From assembly GCF_963921235.1 (NCBI RefSeq), contig NC_086097.1, forward strand, positions 2,232,001 through 2,296,000: DNA of 64,000 bases, given 5' to 3'. The translations under genes were made by a program, and so were the position numbers. Source of the stretch: Mobula hypostoma (Eukaryota). The stretch's first letter is position 1; each line of letters begins with the position of its first letter. The notes beneath the pieces are model-generated. The model had not been told where the DNA came from. It ran no database searches and saw only the letters and a program-made list of their open reading frames with translations. This document shows positions 36,515-48,713 of this stretch, piece by piece.

Positions 36515-37075
36515 AAATTATTTATTCATTTACAGGATGTGAGTGTGGCTAACTAAGCCAGCATTTATTGCCCGTCCCTAGTTGCCCCTGAGAAGGTGGT
36601 GATGAGCTGCCTTGTTGAACCGCTGCAGTCCCTGAGGTGTAGGTACACCCACAGTGCTCTTAGGGAGGGAATTCCATGATTTTGACCCAGTGACAATGAA
36701 GGAACAGCCATACATTTCCAAGTCAGGACGGTGAGTGACTTGGAGGGAATTCCCAAGTGGTGGTGTTCCCAGGTATCTGCTGTTCTCATCCTTCTGGATG
36801 GTTGTGGTCGGGGAGCTGGAAGATGCTGCCTTAAGAACTTTGGTGTGTTGTTGCAGTGCATCTTGTAGATAGTACACACTGCTGCAACTGTTTGTTGATG
36901 GTGGAGGGATTGGATGCTTGTGGAAGGGGTACCAATCAAGTAGGCTGTCTTGTACTGGATGGTGTCAAGCTGCTTGAGTGTTGATGGAGCCACGCTCATC
37001 CAAGCCAGCGGTGAGTATTCCATCACACTCCTGACCTGAGCCTTGTTGATGGTGGACAGGCTATGAGGGGTCATA
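36515..37075 (-). mobile_element. 3' end of a non-LTR retrotransposon (CR1/L2-group, distinct family)
   Basis: TINKAQVRSVMEYSPLAW..LDTIQ..SLHHQ and SFIVTGSKSWNSLP..FNKAAHHHLLRGN; AATAAAT tail. Confidence 0.8.
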
Positions 37076-39295
37076 TGTCCTATTCCTGCTTTTCATAGCT
37101 GTCACATTCACTGCTCCTCAACAAAGACAGTTTACAATAATCAGGAAAGGTTGCACAGCCCCATCTGTCCAAACCCCCTAACCCATCCCTCCTTCACCCA
37201 ATTCCTCTCCCCTCCTGTCCCCCACCTGCAGGGCAGACGTGATGGGTCAAATGGCCTGGTCCTGGTCCTGTATCTTATGGTCTTATTCCATCTGCCTGTC
37301 ACCTTAACCCACACATGCAACCCAGTCACTCCTTCACCCACTCACTCAACCCTCTCACTCCTTCACCGCCTTCCTTCCTGATCAGATTCCAGGCAGGGGT
37401 GAGTCAGTTAAAAAGTAGTGCTCACAGGCTTTGGGCTTTTTCCAGCAGCCTTATCGAATCAACAGAGGAAGCTCGACTCAGACAGTGGCGAGTGATTTAA
37501 AAAGCAGCATTTGCAGGATTTCAGCCTTTTCCAGCAGCCTAATCGAATCGACAGAGGAGGCTGCACACAGATTTAATAATGGAAGTGCGGGGTATGGAGG
37601 TGTGGGTCAAAAGGACCAGGTAGAATAACGGTACAGCACAGGCTAGATGAGTTGAAGGGCATGGTTCGGTGCTGTAGTGTTCTAAAATTCTGTAAATGTG
37701 TCACTACCCAAGATTGTTTATAGATTGCCTTTGGCCTTGATGGAATTATTTATGGCCTCTCCAATACAAGATACCAACAAGGAGTTGTTCTAACTATATC
37801 TTGTTTAACATTCACACAGGATTCCATGGACTGTATTTAGTCTAGGACAGTTTAACAGGTTACATAATTCATCTTTTCACATGTTTAAACACAGGTTTAT
37901 TTTTCAAAAGCATCCAGTTAACTCTCAAACCATACAGGTCCCATCAGTGTGGAAATTTAAACTTGGAAACACATTGGACTATAGATCAAAGTTCAAAGTA
38001 AATTGATTACCAAAGTACAAATATGTCACCACACGCTATCCTGAGGTTTATTTTCTTGCAGGCATTCACAGCAAAAAAATTAAGCTACTGGCGACAAAGC
38101 CAACCTGTTGTTCTATCCAAGGGCATGAGCTTAATGAAGGTGATTTCTCACCCAGAAGCAAATTCTAGATATTCTTTGATGTGTATTTTATGACAAATCA
38201 CTCAAACTGATGCCTCCTGCTTAAAAGCACAAACATAATGGATTTTCTTTGAAAGATGTGACAAAAACATTTTGTCATCCATCAGTTATACTGTCTCTCA
38301 TGCTCCTTCTTGTCACATTTTATTTTAATTAGCACTGCCCTAGTCACTACAGTCAACTTTGGTGATAATGTATTCATTTACAAGAGTCAGACCACAGCAA
38401 ACCTCCTCCACAAAGCACCTGCTTTGGGAGCTATACAAATGAACGAGCAACTGGGTGAGCTTTAAACCTCATTCAAACATCCAAAGTACACTCATCACCA
38501 AAGTACAACCTTGAGAATCATCTTCCCACAAACAGCCACGAAACAAAGAAACCATGAAACCCATTCAAAGGAAAACATCAAATCCCCAAAGCACAAAAAA
38601 AACAAATGACACAATTGCAAAAAAAACACAGAATATAAAACACCAAACCACAAGTCAACAAACAGTTCAGGAGAGTCCAGCCTCAGCTCAGCTCCGTTCA
38701 AACTAGCGCTGTGTTGTTGATTGAACATTGCAAACAAAGAAACAACCAGAAACTGCATGATGAGCAGGTGCTCCCGGAGAAGACGACAGCCTAATACAAG
38801 TAGATTTGTGTAATGTGAGTGAGATTGCAATAATGGTCAGTGCTTGGCACTCCCAACAAGGAAAGGGTTAACAGTGTCAGGTTCCCCTTGGTAAGGGTAA
38901 TGGTGCTGGGCTGTCAATGCCAGGAAGGGGTTAACTGTGCCAGCCGCTGTCTGTGTGGAGTTAACACATTTTTTCCCTGTGACCATCCCAGTTTCCTTTG
39001 GCAGCTCTGGTTTCTCCCCATATCTCGACAAGTAAGTTCATGGGATACTGGAAAGTACCCCATCAGGTAGGCAAAAAGCAAATGAATCAATCTGTAAGAG
39101 ACAGCAGATTGCACAGAGGGATGGATTGATAGAAAGGGAGGGAAATGGACTGATGGGATTGTTATGCTAAAATGGACCCAGTGGGGTGAATGGCCTCCTT
39201 CCAGGCCATAACAGGTACGGATGGCCCTCCAAGACAGCAACCAGTTAACAACACTGGCCTCACTATGTCACAATTTGATTTTATTTCACTTAGAG

Positions 39296-39474
39296 CAGGG
39301 GTCCCCAACCTTTTTTGCACTGTGGACTGGTTTAATATTGACGATATTCTTGCGGACTGGCTGACAGCCTGCGGGGGCGGAGGGGGGGGGTGCTCAACAG
39401 TGCGTGACAGGGAACGAGGAAAGGTGCAGCTGACTCATATCATTTCCTCGCGGCCCAGTGGTTAGGAACCACTG
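39296..39474. mobile_element. hAT (Charlie-like) MITE
   Basis: TIRs CAGGGGTCCCCAACC and GGTTAGGAACCACTG; perfect 8-bp TSD ACTTAGAG (39288-39295 / 39475-39482). Confidence 0.92.
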
Positions 39475-39858
39475 ACTTAGAGAACCAGCACAGAACAGGC
39501 CCTTCCAGCTCAACAAACTGCACCCTCCAGTAATCATCCTAGCCTAATCACAGGGTAATTTACAACCACCATTTAACCTACTAACTGTACACCTTTGGAC
39601 TGTGGGAGGAAACTGGAGCACCTGGAGGAAACCCACATGGCTCAGGAAGAACGTACAAACAGTGTAGGAGTTGCACACTGAACTCTGATGCCCCCCAGCT
39701 GTAATAGCATCACACTGACCCCCTCATTACCACGATGCCCCAATAAGCTGCACTCTAACAGGCCAAACTTTGTCCGTTAGAGTGCAGCTTAGAAACGGAG
39801 AAACCCTACAGCACAATGCAGGCCCTTCTGCCCATCCTGAACTTACTTTAGAAATTAG

Positions 39859-40333
39859 AAACAGAAACATAGAAAATAGGTGCAGGAGTAGGCCATTCAG
39901 CCCTTCAAGCCTGCACCGCCATTCAGTATGATCATGGCTGATCATCCAACTCAGAACCCTGTACCTGCCTTCTCTCCATACCCCCTGATCCCTTTAGCCA
40001 CAAGGGCCATATCTAACTCCCTCTTAAATATAGCCAATGAACTGGCCTCAACTGTTTCCTGTGGCAGAGAATTCCACAGATTTACCACTCTCAGTGTGAA
40101 GAAGTTTTCTCTCATCTCGGTTCTAAAACGCTTCCCCTTTATCCGTAAACTGTGACCCCTCGTTCTGGACTTCCCCAACATCGGGAACAATCTTCCTACA
40201 TCTAGCCTGTCCAATCCCTTTAGAATTTTATACGTTTCAATAAGATCCCCCCTCAATCTTCTAAATTCCAGAGAGTACAAGCCTAGCCGATCCAGTCTTT
40301 CATCATATGAAAGTCCTGCCATCCCAGGAATCA
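39859..40333 (-). mobile_element. CR1 3' fragment inserted in another CR1 tail
   Basis: ORF 39951..40334 IPGMAGLSYDERLDRLGLYSLEFRRLRGDL; host tail resumes at 40334. Confidence 0.92.
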
Positions 40334-41760
40334 CCTTGGGTTACCCTGAGCCCTCTGTTTTTCTAAGCTCCATGTAATAGTCGTGAGAAGTTCATTGGGA
40401 CAACTCATCATCTCAAAGGTGCTGTATAAATGCAGCTTGTTGTTGCTAATTAATTTCAAGCAGAAACTGCTGGAGATACCCAAGCTGTCAGTTTTCCTGG
40501 ATGAGGAAAGCAGAATGGAAGATCTTCAAACTAAAGCATTAACAGGACAGCAAAGTGGAGCAGCAGGGTACAGCTTGTTGTCTCACAACTCAGCTGGTGG
40601 AGTCCTGTATGACCTCAAAACTTCTGCTCCCCATTCTGTGGATTCCCTGTCCGCTCAATTCACTTCATGTCACCCAGAGGATAAACATACAGAACCGGGT
40701 TTTCATAGCAGTTAGGGTTTCAGTAAACCTTTCCACCTCTTGGCAATGAACTTTACAGTAGACATCTCAGCTTTGCTGACTCTGTCACAAATTGCTGGCT
40801 TTACTTTTAACCAATATTTTAGGCAGCTGTTGGCTGAGCTGATCCTCATCACTTATTTCAGGATTAGTCCTGAAGAAGCAGCTCAGCCCAAAATGTCAGC
40901 TGCTTATTCGTTTTCATAGATGCTGCCTGTCCAGCATTCTGTGTGTGTTACATTTTATTTAGGAGACCAATTTTCAGTAGTGTGCAAACCAATTAAAAGA
41001 ATGCACCAACAGTTTCCAAGAACAGCAATATCAGGCTAAGCCTGTCAGAAGCCATCGATTTTCTCCATCACTTTAGTTTGGCGTGCCTGGCTCCTGAGAT
41101 TTACTACATTTTCTACTAATGTTTAAACATGGCCAGAGAAGCTGCTGCTTGTTAGTGCTGCAGCATCAACTGAACTGGCAGGTTGTCCAAGTGCTTGACA
41201 AAATACAGAACCGGAGAGTTGGGCTTCAAATCCAGAGCACTGAGCATTATATCTTAAAGGAACCAGAGCCTCGATAGATGTTCTGAAAGGCTTTGATCTC
41301 TTCCAGGAACTTCTGTGCCATTAGGAATGAAGCAGAGTTTGATGAAGGGTGTCCAGTCGAAACCTCGACTGTTTATTCATTTCCATAGATGCAGCCTGAA
41401 CTGCTGAATTCCTCCAACGTTTTGTGATGGTTGCTAAGCAATGCCAGGGATCATTCATCAGCAAGTGGCAAAGCACATTACAGCAGTAACTCAGACCAGC
41501 TCAGATCTCTCCTGCACTCAGCTGTTAACCGCTTCACCATTGCTCTGCTCCAAAATTTACTGTAGCACAAATCTAAAACTTGCCACCATCACATGGCTCA
41601 GGCCCGAATAAGACCCTTGCCACCATGGCAGCAGAAGGAACTATCACGCACTCCAACCAGCATCAGAAAATAACAACATTAGAGATCAGAACAGAGTGGG
41701 CCATCCAGCTCTTTGAGCCTACTCTGCTACTCATCAAGAATGTGGAGAGGACGTTTCCGG

Positions 41761-42270
41761 TAGAAACATAGAAAATAGCTGCAGGAGTAGGCCATTCGGC
41801 CCTTCGAGCCTGCACTGCCATTCAGTATGATCATGGCTGATCATCCAACTCAGAACCTTGTACCTGCCTTCTCTCCATACCCCCTATCCCTTTAGCCACA
41901 AGGGCCATATCTAACTCCCTCTTAAATATAGCCAATGAACTGGCCTCAACTGTTTCCTGTGGCAGAGAATTCCACAGATTCACCACTCTCTGTGTGAAGA
42001 AGTTTTTCCTCACCTCGGTCCTAAAAAGCTTCCCCTTTATCCTCAAACTGTGACCTGTGACCCCTCGTTCTGCAGTGAGGGAGTCTAGGACCAAAGGACA
42101 CAGCTTCAGAATAGGGGACGTTCATTTAGAACAGAGATAGAAACATAGAAACATAGAAAACTTACAGCACAATACAGGCCCTTCGGCCCACAATGCTGTG
42201 CCGAACATGTACTTACATTAGAAATTACCTAGGGTGACCCATAGCCCTCTATCTTTCTAAGCTCCACAAC
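41761..42270 (-). mobile_element. Short CR1 3' ends (41761-42070 and 42138-42270) nested in an older plus-strand CR1 remnant
   Basis: GHSLRIKGKLFRTEVRKNFFTQRVVNLWNSLP; TAGAAACATAGAA tails. Confidence 0.85.
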
Positions 42271-43039
42271 CTCCTCAGAGAAGCCCAAAGATATTTCTCC
42301 TTGGATAGGGGACAAATGTGAGCAAATGGGACTAGCTTAACTGGGCACCTTGGTTGGCATGGACAAATACTCACCTCCACCAGCACCTCAGGCTGGTGCT
42401 CCACATACGATCACATTCTGGGTAAAGAAAGTTCTTCCTCAAATTCACTCCAGACATCGTACTCCTAAACCCATGCTTGTTAGTCTTAAATGCCTTCCTC
42501 TCCTATATACCCTCCTGTATGTAGGCAGAAGAGATTACTTTAGTTCGCCATTTCATTACTGAATGAATGGGTTCAGTACAAAATTGTAGGCCAAAGGGCC
42601 TGAGCCTGTATGGTACGGTTCTATGTCCTATACCTGATTCATTCCCTTCATACATCTTCCTCGCTGTCCTCCACTCCAAGGAAAACAAACCCAGCAATCC
42701 AGTTTCTCCTCATGATATGCTTTTAAATCTCCTCTTCTCCATTTCCAATGCAATTATGTCCTTGCTCTGGAATGGTGACGAGACACATACTCCTGCTGTC
42801 GAACTAATATTTGACCATATCAGTAGTACCATAACTTCGCTGATCTATATTCTGGGCTCTGACTGATGAAGTCACAAATCTTCATCACCTTTTCCACCTG
42901 TACTGGCATCTTTAAAGAACCTCAGACTTTCACATCAACTTCCCCCCCCCCCCCACCCATTCCTCAGCATTCCCCAGGACCATTCATAGTGTAGTAGTTT
43001 TATTAGTTTGCCTCCCAGGATCCACGCTCCACAATGTTT

Positions 43040-45850
43040 CTGAACACGTTCACAATATCTTGAAAAGGGAGGGTGAACAGCCAGAGGTTGTGGTACACAT
43101 TGGTACAAACGACATGGGTAGAAAAAGGGAGGAGGTCCTGAAAACAGAATACAGGGAGTTAGGAAGGAAGCTGAAGGGCAGTAATCTTGGAACTGCTGCC
43201 TGTGCCACGCCACAGGGTGGACAGGGACAGAATAAGGTGGCAGATAAATGCGTGGCTGAGGAATTGGTGCACAGGGCAGAGATTCAGATTTCTGGATGAT
43301 TGTGACCAGTACAAAAAGGACGGGATGCACTTGACTCTGAGGGGGACCAGTATTCTTGCGGGCCGGTTTACCGGAGCTGTGGGGAGTGGTTCAGTATCGC
43401 AGTGGAATAAAGGGAATTACAAAGGCATGAGACAGGACTCGCCCAGGTGGGTTGGAGGGGGGTACTCTCAGGATGTCGGCAGAGCAGAGGTGGCTGAAGT
43501 TTCTGGGAATAGTTCACAAGGCGCAGGATAGATATGTCCTAAAGAAAAAGCAGTTCTCACTTGGCAGGTGTATGCAACCGTGGCTGACAAGGGAAGTTAA
43601 GGACTACACAAAGCCAAGGAAAGAGCACGGAAGTCAGAAAACGTGAGTGGGAAGTTGGATGATGAAGAAGTTCTTAAAATCGAACAAAAGGCAACTAAAA
43701 AGCTACAAGGGAAAAGATGAAATACGAGGGCAAACTAGCCAATAATAAATGTTCTTTTCAATGATATAAAGAATAAAAGGGAGGTAAGAGTTGATATTGG
43801 ACCACTGGGAAATGATGCTGGTGAGGTAGTAATAGTAAAGTAAAGGCATTGGTTAGTCTTACGAGATCATGGATCTATGCCTGGAAAGTCTTCACTCTCC
43901 AGGGCGCAGGCCTGGGCAAGGTTGTATGGAAGACCAGCAGTTGCCCATGCTGCGAGTCTCCCATCTCCATGACACCGATGTTGTCCAAGGGAAGGGCAAG
44001 GGCCGATACAGCTTGGCACCAGTGTCGTCGCAGAGCAATGTGTGGTTAAGTGCCTTGCTCAAGGACACAACACGATGCCTTGGCTGGGGCTCGAACTCAC
44101 GACCTACAGATCGCTAGTCCAATGCCTTAACCACTTGGCCATGTGTAATAGGGGACAAAGAACTGGCAGATGAACTTAATGGGTACTTTGCATCTGTCTT
44201 CACTATGGAAGACACTAGCAGTGTGCCAGAGGTCCATGAGTGTCAGGGAGCAGGAGTGAGTGCCTTTGCTATGACAACGGAAAAAGTGCGAGGCAAACTC
44301 AAAAGTCACTGGGACCAGATGGACTACATCCCAGAGTTCTGAAAGAGATTACTGAAGAGATAACAGATGCATTGGCTATGATCTTTCAAGAATCACTTGA
44401 TTCTGGCATGTCCTGGAGGACTGAGAAATTGCAAAAGTCACTCCACTCTTTAAGAAGGGAGGAAGAAAATTATAGGCCAGTTAGCCTCACCTCAGTGGTT
44501 GGGAAAGCGGTGAAATCCATTAATAAGGATGAGGCTTCGAGGTACTTGGAGACTAATGATAAAATAAGTCAGCATGGTTTCTGTAAAAGGAAATCTTGCC
44601 TGACAAATCTGCTAGAGTGCCTTGAGGAAGTAACAAGCAGGGTGGACAAAGGAGAGGCAGTGGATGTCATTTACTTGGATTTTCAGAAGGCATTTGATAA
44701 GGTGCCACACATGAGGCTGCTTATCAAGATAAAATCCTATGGCGTGAGAGGAAAGATGCTGGCATGGACAGAGGAATAGCCAATAGGCAAGTGGCACCAA
44801 GGAATAAAGGGGCCTTTTCTGGTTGGCTGCCACTGACTAGTGGTGTTCCTCTGGAGTCAGTATTGGGACGGCTACTTTTCATTGTTTGTCAATGATTTGG
44901 ATAATGGAATTGATGCCTTTGTCACAAAGTCTGTAGATGACACAAAGATAGCTGGAGGGGTAGGTAGTGCTGAGGAAGCAATGCGATTGCATCAGGACTT
45001 AAGACAAATTGGAAGAATGGGCAAAACAGTGGCAGACGGAATACAGTGTTGGGAAATGTATGATAACATACAAACGTTTGTATTTTGGTAAAAGGAATAA
45101 TAGTGCAGACTATTATCTAAATGGGGAGAAAACTGCAAGACTCCCAGAAAGTTAATTTACAGGTTTAATCTGCGGTAAAGAAGGTAAATGCAATGATGGC
45201 ATTTATTTCAAGGGGAATGAATATAAAAGCAAGGAGATAATGCTGAGCCTTTATAAGACACGAGTCAGGCCACACATGGAGTATTGTCAACAGTCTTGGG
45301 CCCCAGATGTCAGAAAGGATATGTTGTCATTGGAGAGTCCGGAGGAGGTTCACGAGGATGATTCCAGGAACGAAGTGGTTAACATACAAGGAGTGTCTTG
45401 CAGCTTTGGGCCTGTATTCACTGGAATTTAGAAGAATGCGGGCGGGGGGGTGGAGGGAGGAGGGGAGGGATCTCATTGAAATCTACTGAATGTGGAAAGG
45501 ACTAGATAAGGTGGATGTGGAGAGGATGTTTCCTATGGTGGGGTGTCCAGAACTAGAGGGCACAGCCTCAAAATTGAGAGGCAACCTTTTAGAACGAGGT
45601 AAGGAGGATTTTTTTTTAGCCAGAGAGTAGTGAATCTGTGGAATGCTCTGCCACAGACAGCTGTGGAAGCCAAGTCTGTGAGTATATTTAAAGCAGAAGT
45701 TAATCATTTCCTGGTCAGTCAGGGCATCAAAGGATATGGTGACAGAGCAGGTGTATGGGGTTGCGTGGGATCCGGGATCAGTCACGATGGAATGGCGGGG
45801 CAGACTCAGTGGGCTGCAAGGTCTAATCCCACTCCTTGGTCTTATAGTCT
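43040..45850 (+). mobile_element. Decayed CR1 (ORF1 esterase fragment plus ORF2)
   Basis: [51 protein letters not shown] and VVNLWNALP. Confidence 0.9.
43836..44144 (-). mobile_element. tRNA-derived CORE-like SINE inserted in CR1
   Basis: 7-bp TSD GTAATAG (43829-43835 / 44145-44151); same family as 21490-21775. Confidence 0.88.
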
Positions 45851-46125
45851 TGCCCTTACTAGACATCCCAAGATAAATTACACTGCTTAAACAGGATTAA
45901 ATTCCGTCTGCCTTTTACAGAGAATACCTAAACACAAGCTGAAATAGTCAGAGAGAGAAATAGAATTAACATTTCATGCCAAAGACTTCTTAAAACACTT
46001 GTATCTTGAGAAAACATGCTTTCTCAGAAGTGTTATTACAATTCAGGTTTCCAGAGTGGCTTGAAGAAATAATCATAAATCCAACCTCTGTTCTAAGTAA
46101 CAGCAATAACATTTTCATTACTTAC

Positions 46126-46243
46126 CTTGCATGCAGCTTTCAAGCCTGCGAATCAGTTCATAGGATCTGCATCTATCCAGAAGGGTTCTGATTGCAGGGA
46201 GGGGATCCAGAATTATGGTCTCTGGATGTGTGTTGATGTAGTC
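46126..46243 (-). CDS. ITPK1: Internal coding exon of inositol-tetrakisphosphate 1-kinase (ITPK1)
   Basis: Minus strand reads tgtttttattctcAG|GAC TAC...ATG CAA G|GTAAGT, 118 bp, encoding DYINTHPETIILDPLPAIRTLLDRCRSYELIRRLESCMQ. This closely matches my recollection of human ITPK1 EYIDAHPETIVLDPLPAIRTLLDRSKSYELIRKIEAYME. Acceptor and donor are canonical. Confidence 0.95.
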
Positions 46244-46600
46244 CTGAGAATAAAAACATAATACTTGAGCATATTTTTGCTTGACAAATACATCAGATAT
46301 TGAATCCATAAAGTTTTTGCTTCCTGACAATTCTTTTGAATCTATCTCCTCCCCCAACAGCCACTCCTAGTTTCGTTAAATTATTTCTTTATTTTTATTT
46401 TTTCAGTTTATTATTTATTTGCAGATATGGCAAGGAACGGGCCCTTCTGGCCTTCCGAGCCATGTCACCTAGCAACCCCCAAAAACCCCAGTTTAACCCT
46501 AACCTAATCACCAGACAATTTACAATGACCAGAGTGAACCTGGACGACAGGAGGAAACCGGAAGAGCCGGACAAACCCACACGTTCCTCAAGGAGGACTA

Positions 46601-47137
46601 AAGGCTGGTACGTACCAGCTTACGCCGTAGCCTACGCAAGTGGGCTACGCCGTTGTGAGCATTTATACTTGTGCGTTGGTGTGTCTGCGTCGCCCTGCAA
46701 TTCAGGCACGTACACCCATGTGCACGTCACATATTCGCACGTCAAGCATGCGCACACACCTGCCCGCGCAAGGCTTCATGGTCATGGTAGTCTTACTCGG
46801 GGTAAACAAGTTTAAAGCGAGCGTCTTTTTTCGTAAAAGCAAAATGTGTCCTCCAGAATTTTGGAGGTCTGTAAAGCTTTATGGAAAGCACTGCAGCCAG
46901 AGTTCCTTCCCTGCCCTTCAGTCGCCCAATGGGAAGCTATTGCAGCGTAGGAGGAAATGCAATGCGACCAAATGGACCAATCACTGTTGTTTCGGTCTGC
47001 GTTGCTGCAACGCGTAGTTACATTTTGGGAGAGGTGCGCGTCAGGCTACAACATAGGGATCCGCGCAGGCACTGTGTAGTGACACGGCTACGCTGTACCT
47101 ACGGCGTCGATTTGATGCACAAGTATAAATTAGCCTT
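46601..47137. mobile_element. CpG-rich MITE (AAGGCT...AGCCTT termini; Harbinger-like or TA-TSD class)
   Basis: Splits an HE1-like SINE (GGAGGAC-TA...TA-CAGACTCC). Subterminal inverted matches include ACGCCGTAG / CTACGGCGT. Confidence 0.75.
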
Positions 47138-47244
47138 TACAGACTCCTTACAAATGACCCCAGAATTGATCTCCAAGCTCCAATGCCCTGAGCTGGAACA
47201 GCAGTACACTAAGCTCGATTCATTTGTAGGTATAAAAGCTTATG

Positions 47245-48055
47245 AAGGTCACAAGATCACAAGGCAAAGGAGCAGAAGTAGGCCATTCGGCCCATCGAGT
47301 CTGCTCCGCCACTCCACCATGAGCTAAACTATTCTCCCATCTAGTTCCAATTTCCAGCTTTTTCCCCATATCCCTTGATACCCTGACTAATTAGATACCT
47401 ATCAATCTCCTTCTTAAACACCCTCAATGATCCGGCCTCCACAGCTGTATGTGGCAACGAATTCCATAAATCCACGACCCACTGGCTAAAAAAATTCTCC
47501 TCATCTCTGTTTTAAATGGGTACTCTCTAATTCTAAGACTGTGTCCTCTTGTCCTGGACTCACCCACCAAGGGAAACAGCCTTTCCACATCTACTCTGTC
47601 CAACCCTTTCAACATTCGAAATGTTTCTATGAGGTCCCCTCTCATTCTTCTATACTCTAATGAATACAATCCAAGAGCCGACAAATGCTCCTCATATGTT
47701 AGCCCCTGCATTTCAGGAATCACCCTCGTAAATCTTCTCGGAACTCTCTCCAACATCAGAACATCCCTTCTAAGATAGGGGGCCCAAACTGCACACAGTA
47801 TTCCAAATGAGGTCTCACTAATGCCCCATAGAGCCTCATCAACACCTCCTTACTCTTATACACTATTCCTCCTGAAATGAATGCCAACATACGCTTTCCT
47901 TACTGCCGATCCAACCTGGTGGTTAACCTTTAGGGTATCCTGCATGAGGACCCCAAGTCCCTTTGCCCTTCCGATTTTTGAATTTTCTCCCCATCTAGAT
48001 AATAATCTGCCCGATTATTTCTTCTTCCAAAATGTACAACCGTACATTTCTCAAC
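47245..48055 (-). mobile_element. CR1 3' fragment
   Basis: LERVPRRFTRVIP..LGLYSLEYRRMRGDLIETF..TRGHSLRI. Confidence 0.9.
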
Positions 48056-48392
48056 ATTGATAGAGATATAGATAGTGTAAATGCAAGCAAGCTTTTGCCA
48101 CTGAGGTTGGGTGACACTGGAGCGAAAGGTCTTAGGTTAAGTGTGAAAGGTGAAATGCCTAAGGGTAATATGAAGAGGAACTTCACTCAGAGGGTGATGA
48201 GAGCATGGAACGAGCTGTCACTCAAAGTGGTGGAGGCAGATTTGACATCAAAATACATGAGAAGTTTGGATAAACACATGGATGAGAGAGGTAAGGAGGC
48301 AAATTGATGGGACAGTACAGATTAATGGTACAGCCTGGACTAGATGGGCTGAAGGGCCTGTTTCAGTGCTGTAGTGCCCTATGACTCTATAA
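48056..48392 (+). mobile_element. CR1 3' fragment
   Basis: DSVNASKLLPL..NFTQRVMRAWNEL; tail GAAGGGCCTGTTTCAGTGCTGTAG. Confidence 0.85.
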
Positions 48393-48537
48393 AACCTGTT
48401 CCAATATCTACCATTGTCACAAACTGGAAAGCTACGTGTGGATTTCAGTGTCGCAAACACGAGGAACGGATGCAGAATGATTATTGATCTGGATGGGGAA
48501 CAGTAGCAAATGAAAGAGAAAACAGCAGCAAAATCAA

Positions 48538-48713
48538 AAAAACATCACCCAACTCCGTAGCACACCATCAATTTAAAATACAATAAAACCCCATTAAAAA
48601 CATCACCCAACTCCCTGACACACTGTCCATTTAAAATACAATAAAACTCCATTAAAAACATCATCCAACTCTGTAGCACACGTCGATTTTAAATACAATA
48701 AAACCCCACTAAA
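48538..48713. repeat. 58-bp minisatellite (3 units; a 4th unit at 52372-52435 beyond a CR1 insertion)
   Basis: AAAAACATCACCCAACTC..CACAC..TC.ATTTAAAATACAATAAAACCCCATT; unit starts spaced 58 bp apart. Confidence 0.9.

Noticed and set aside
40383..40715. 110-aa ORF in apparently unique sequence as a host exon
   Set aside because: No recognisable homology, opposite strand to ITPK1, and no convincing splice-site pair.
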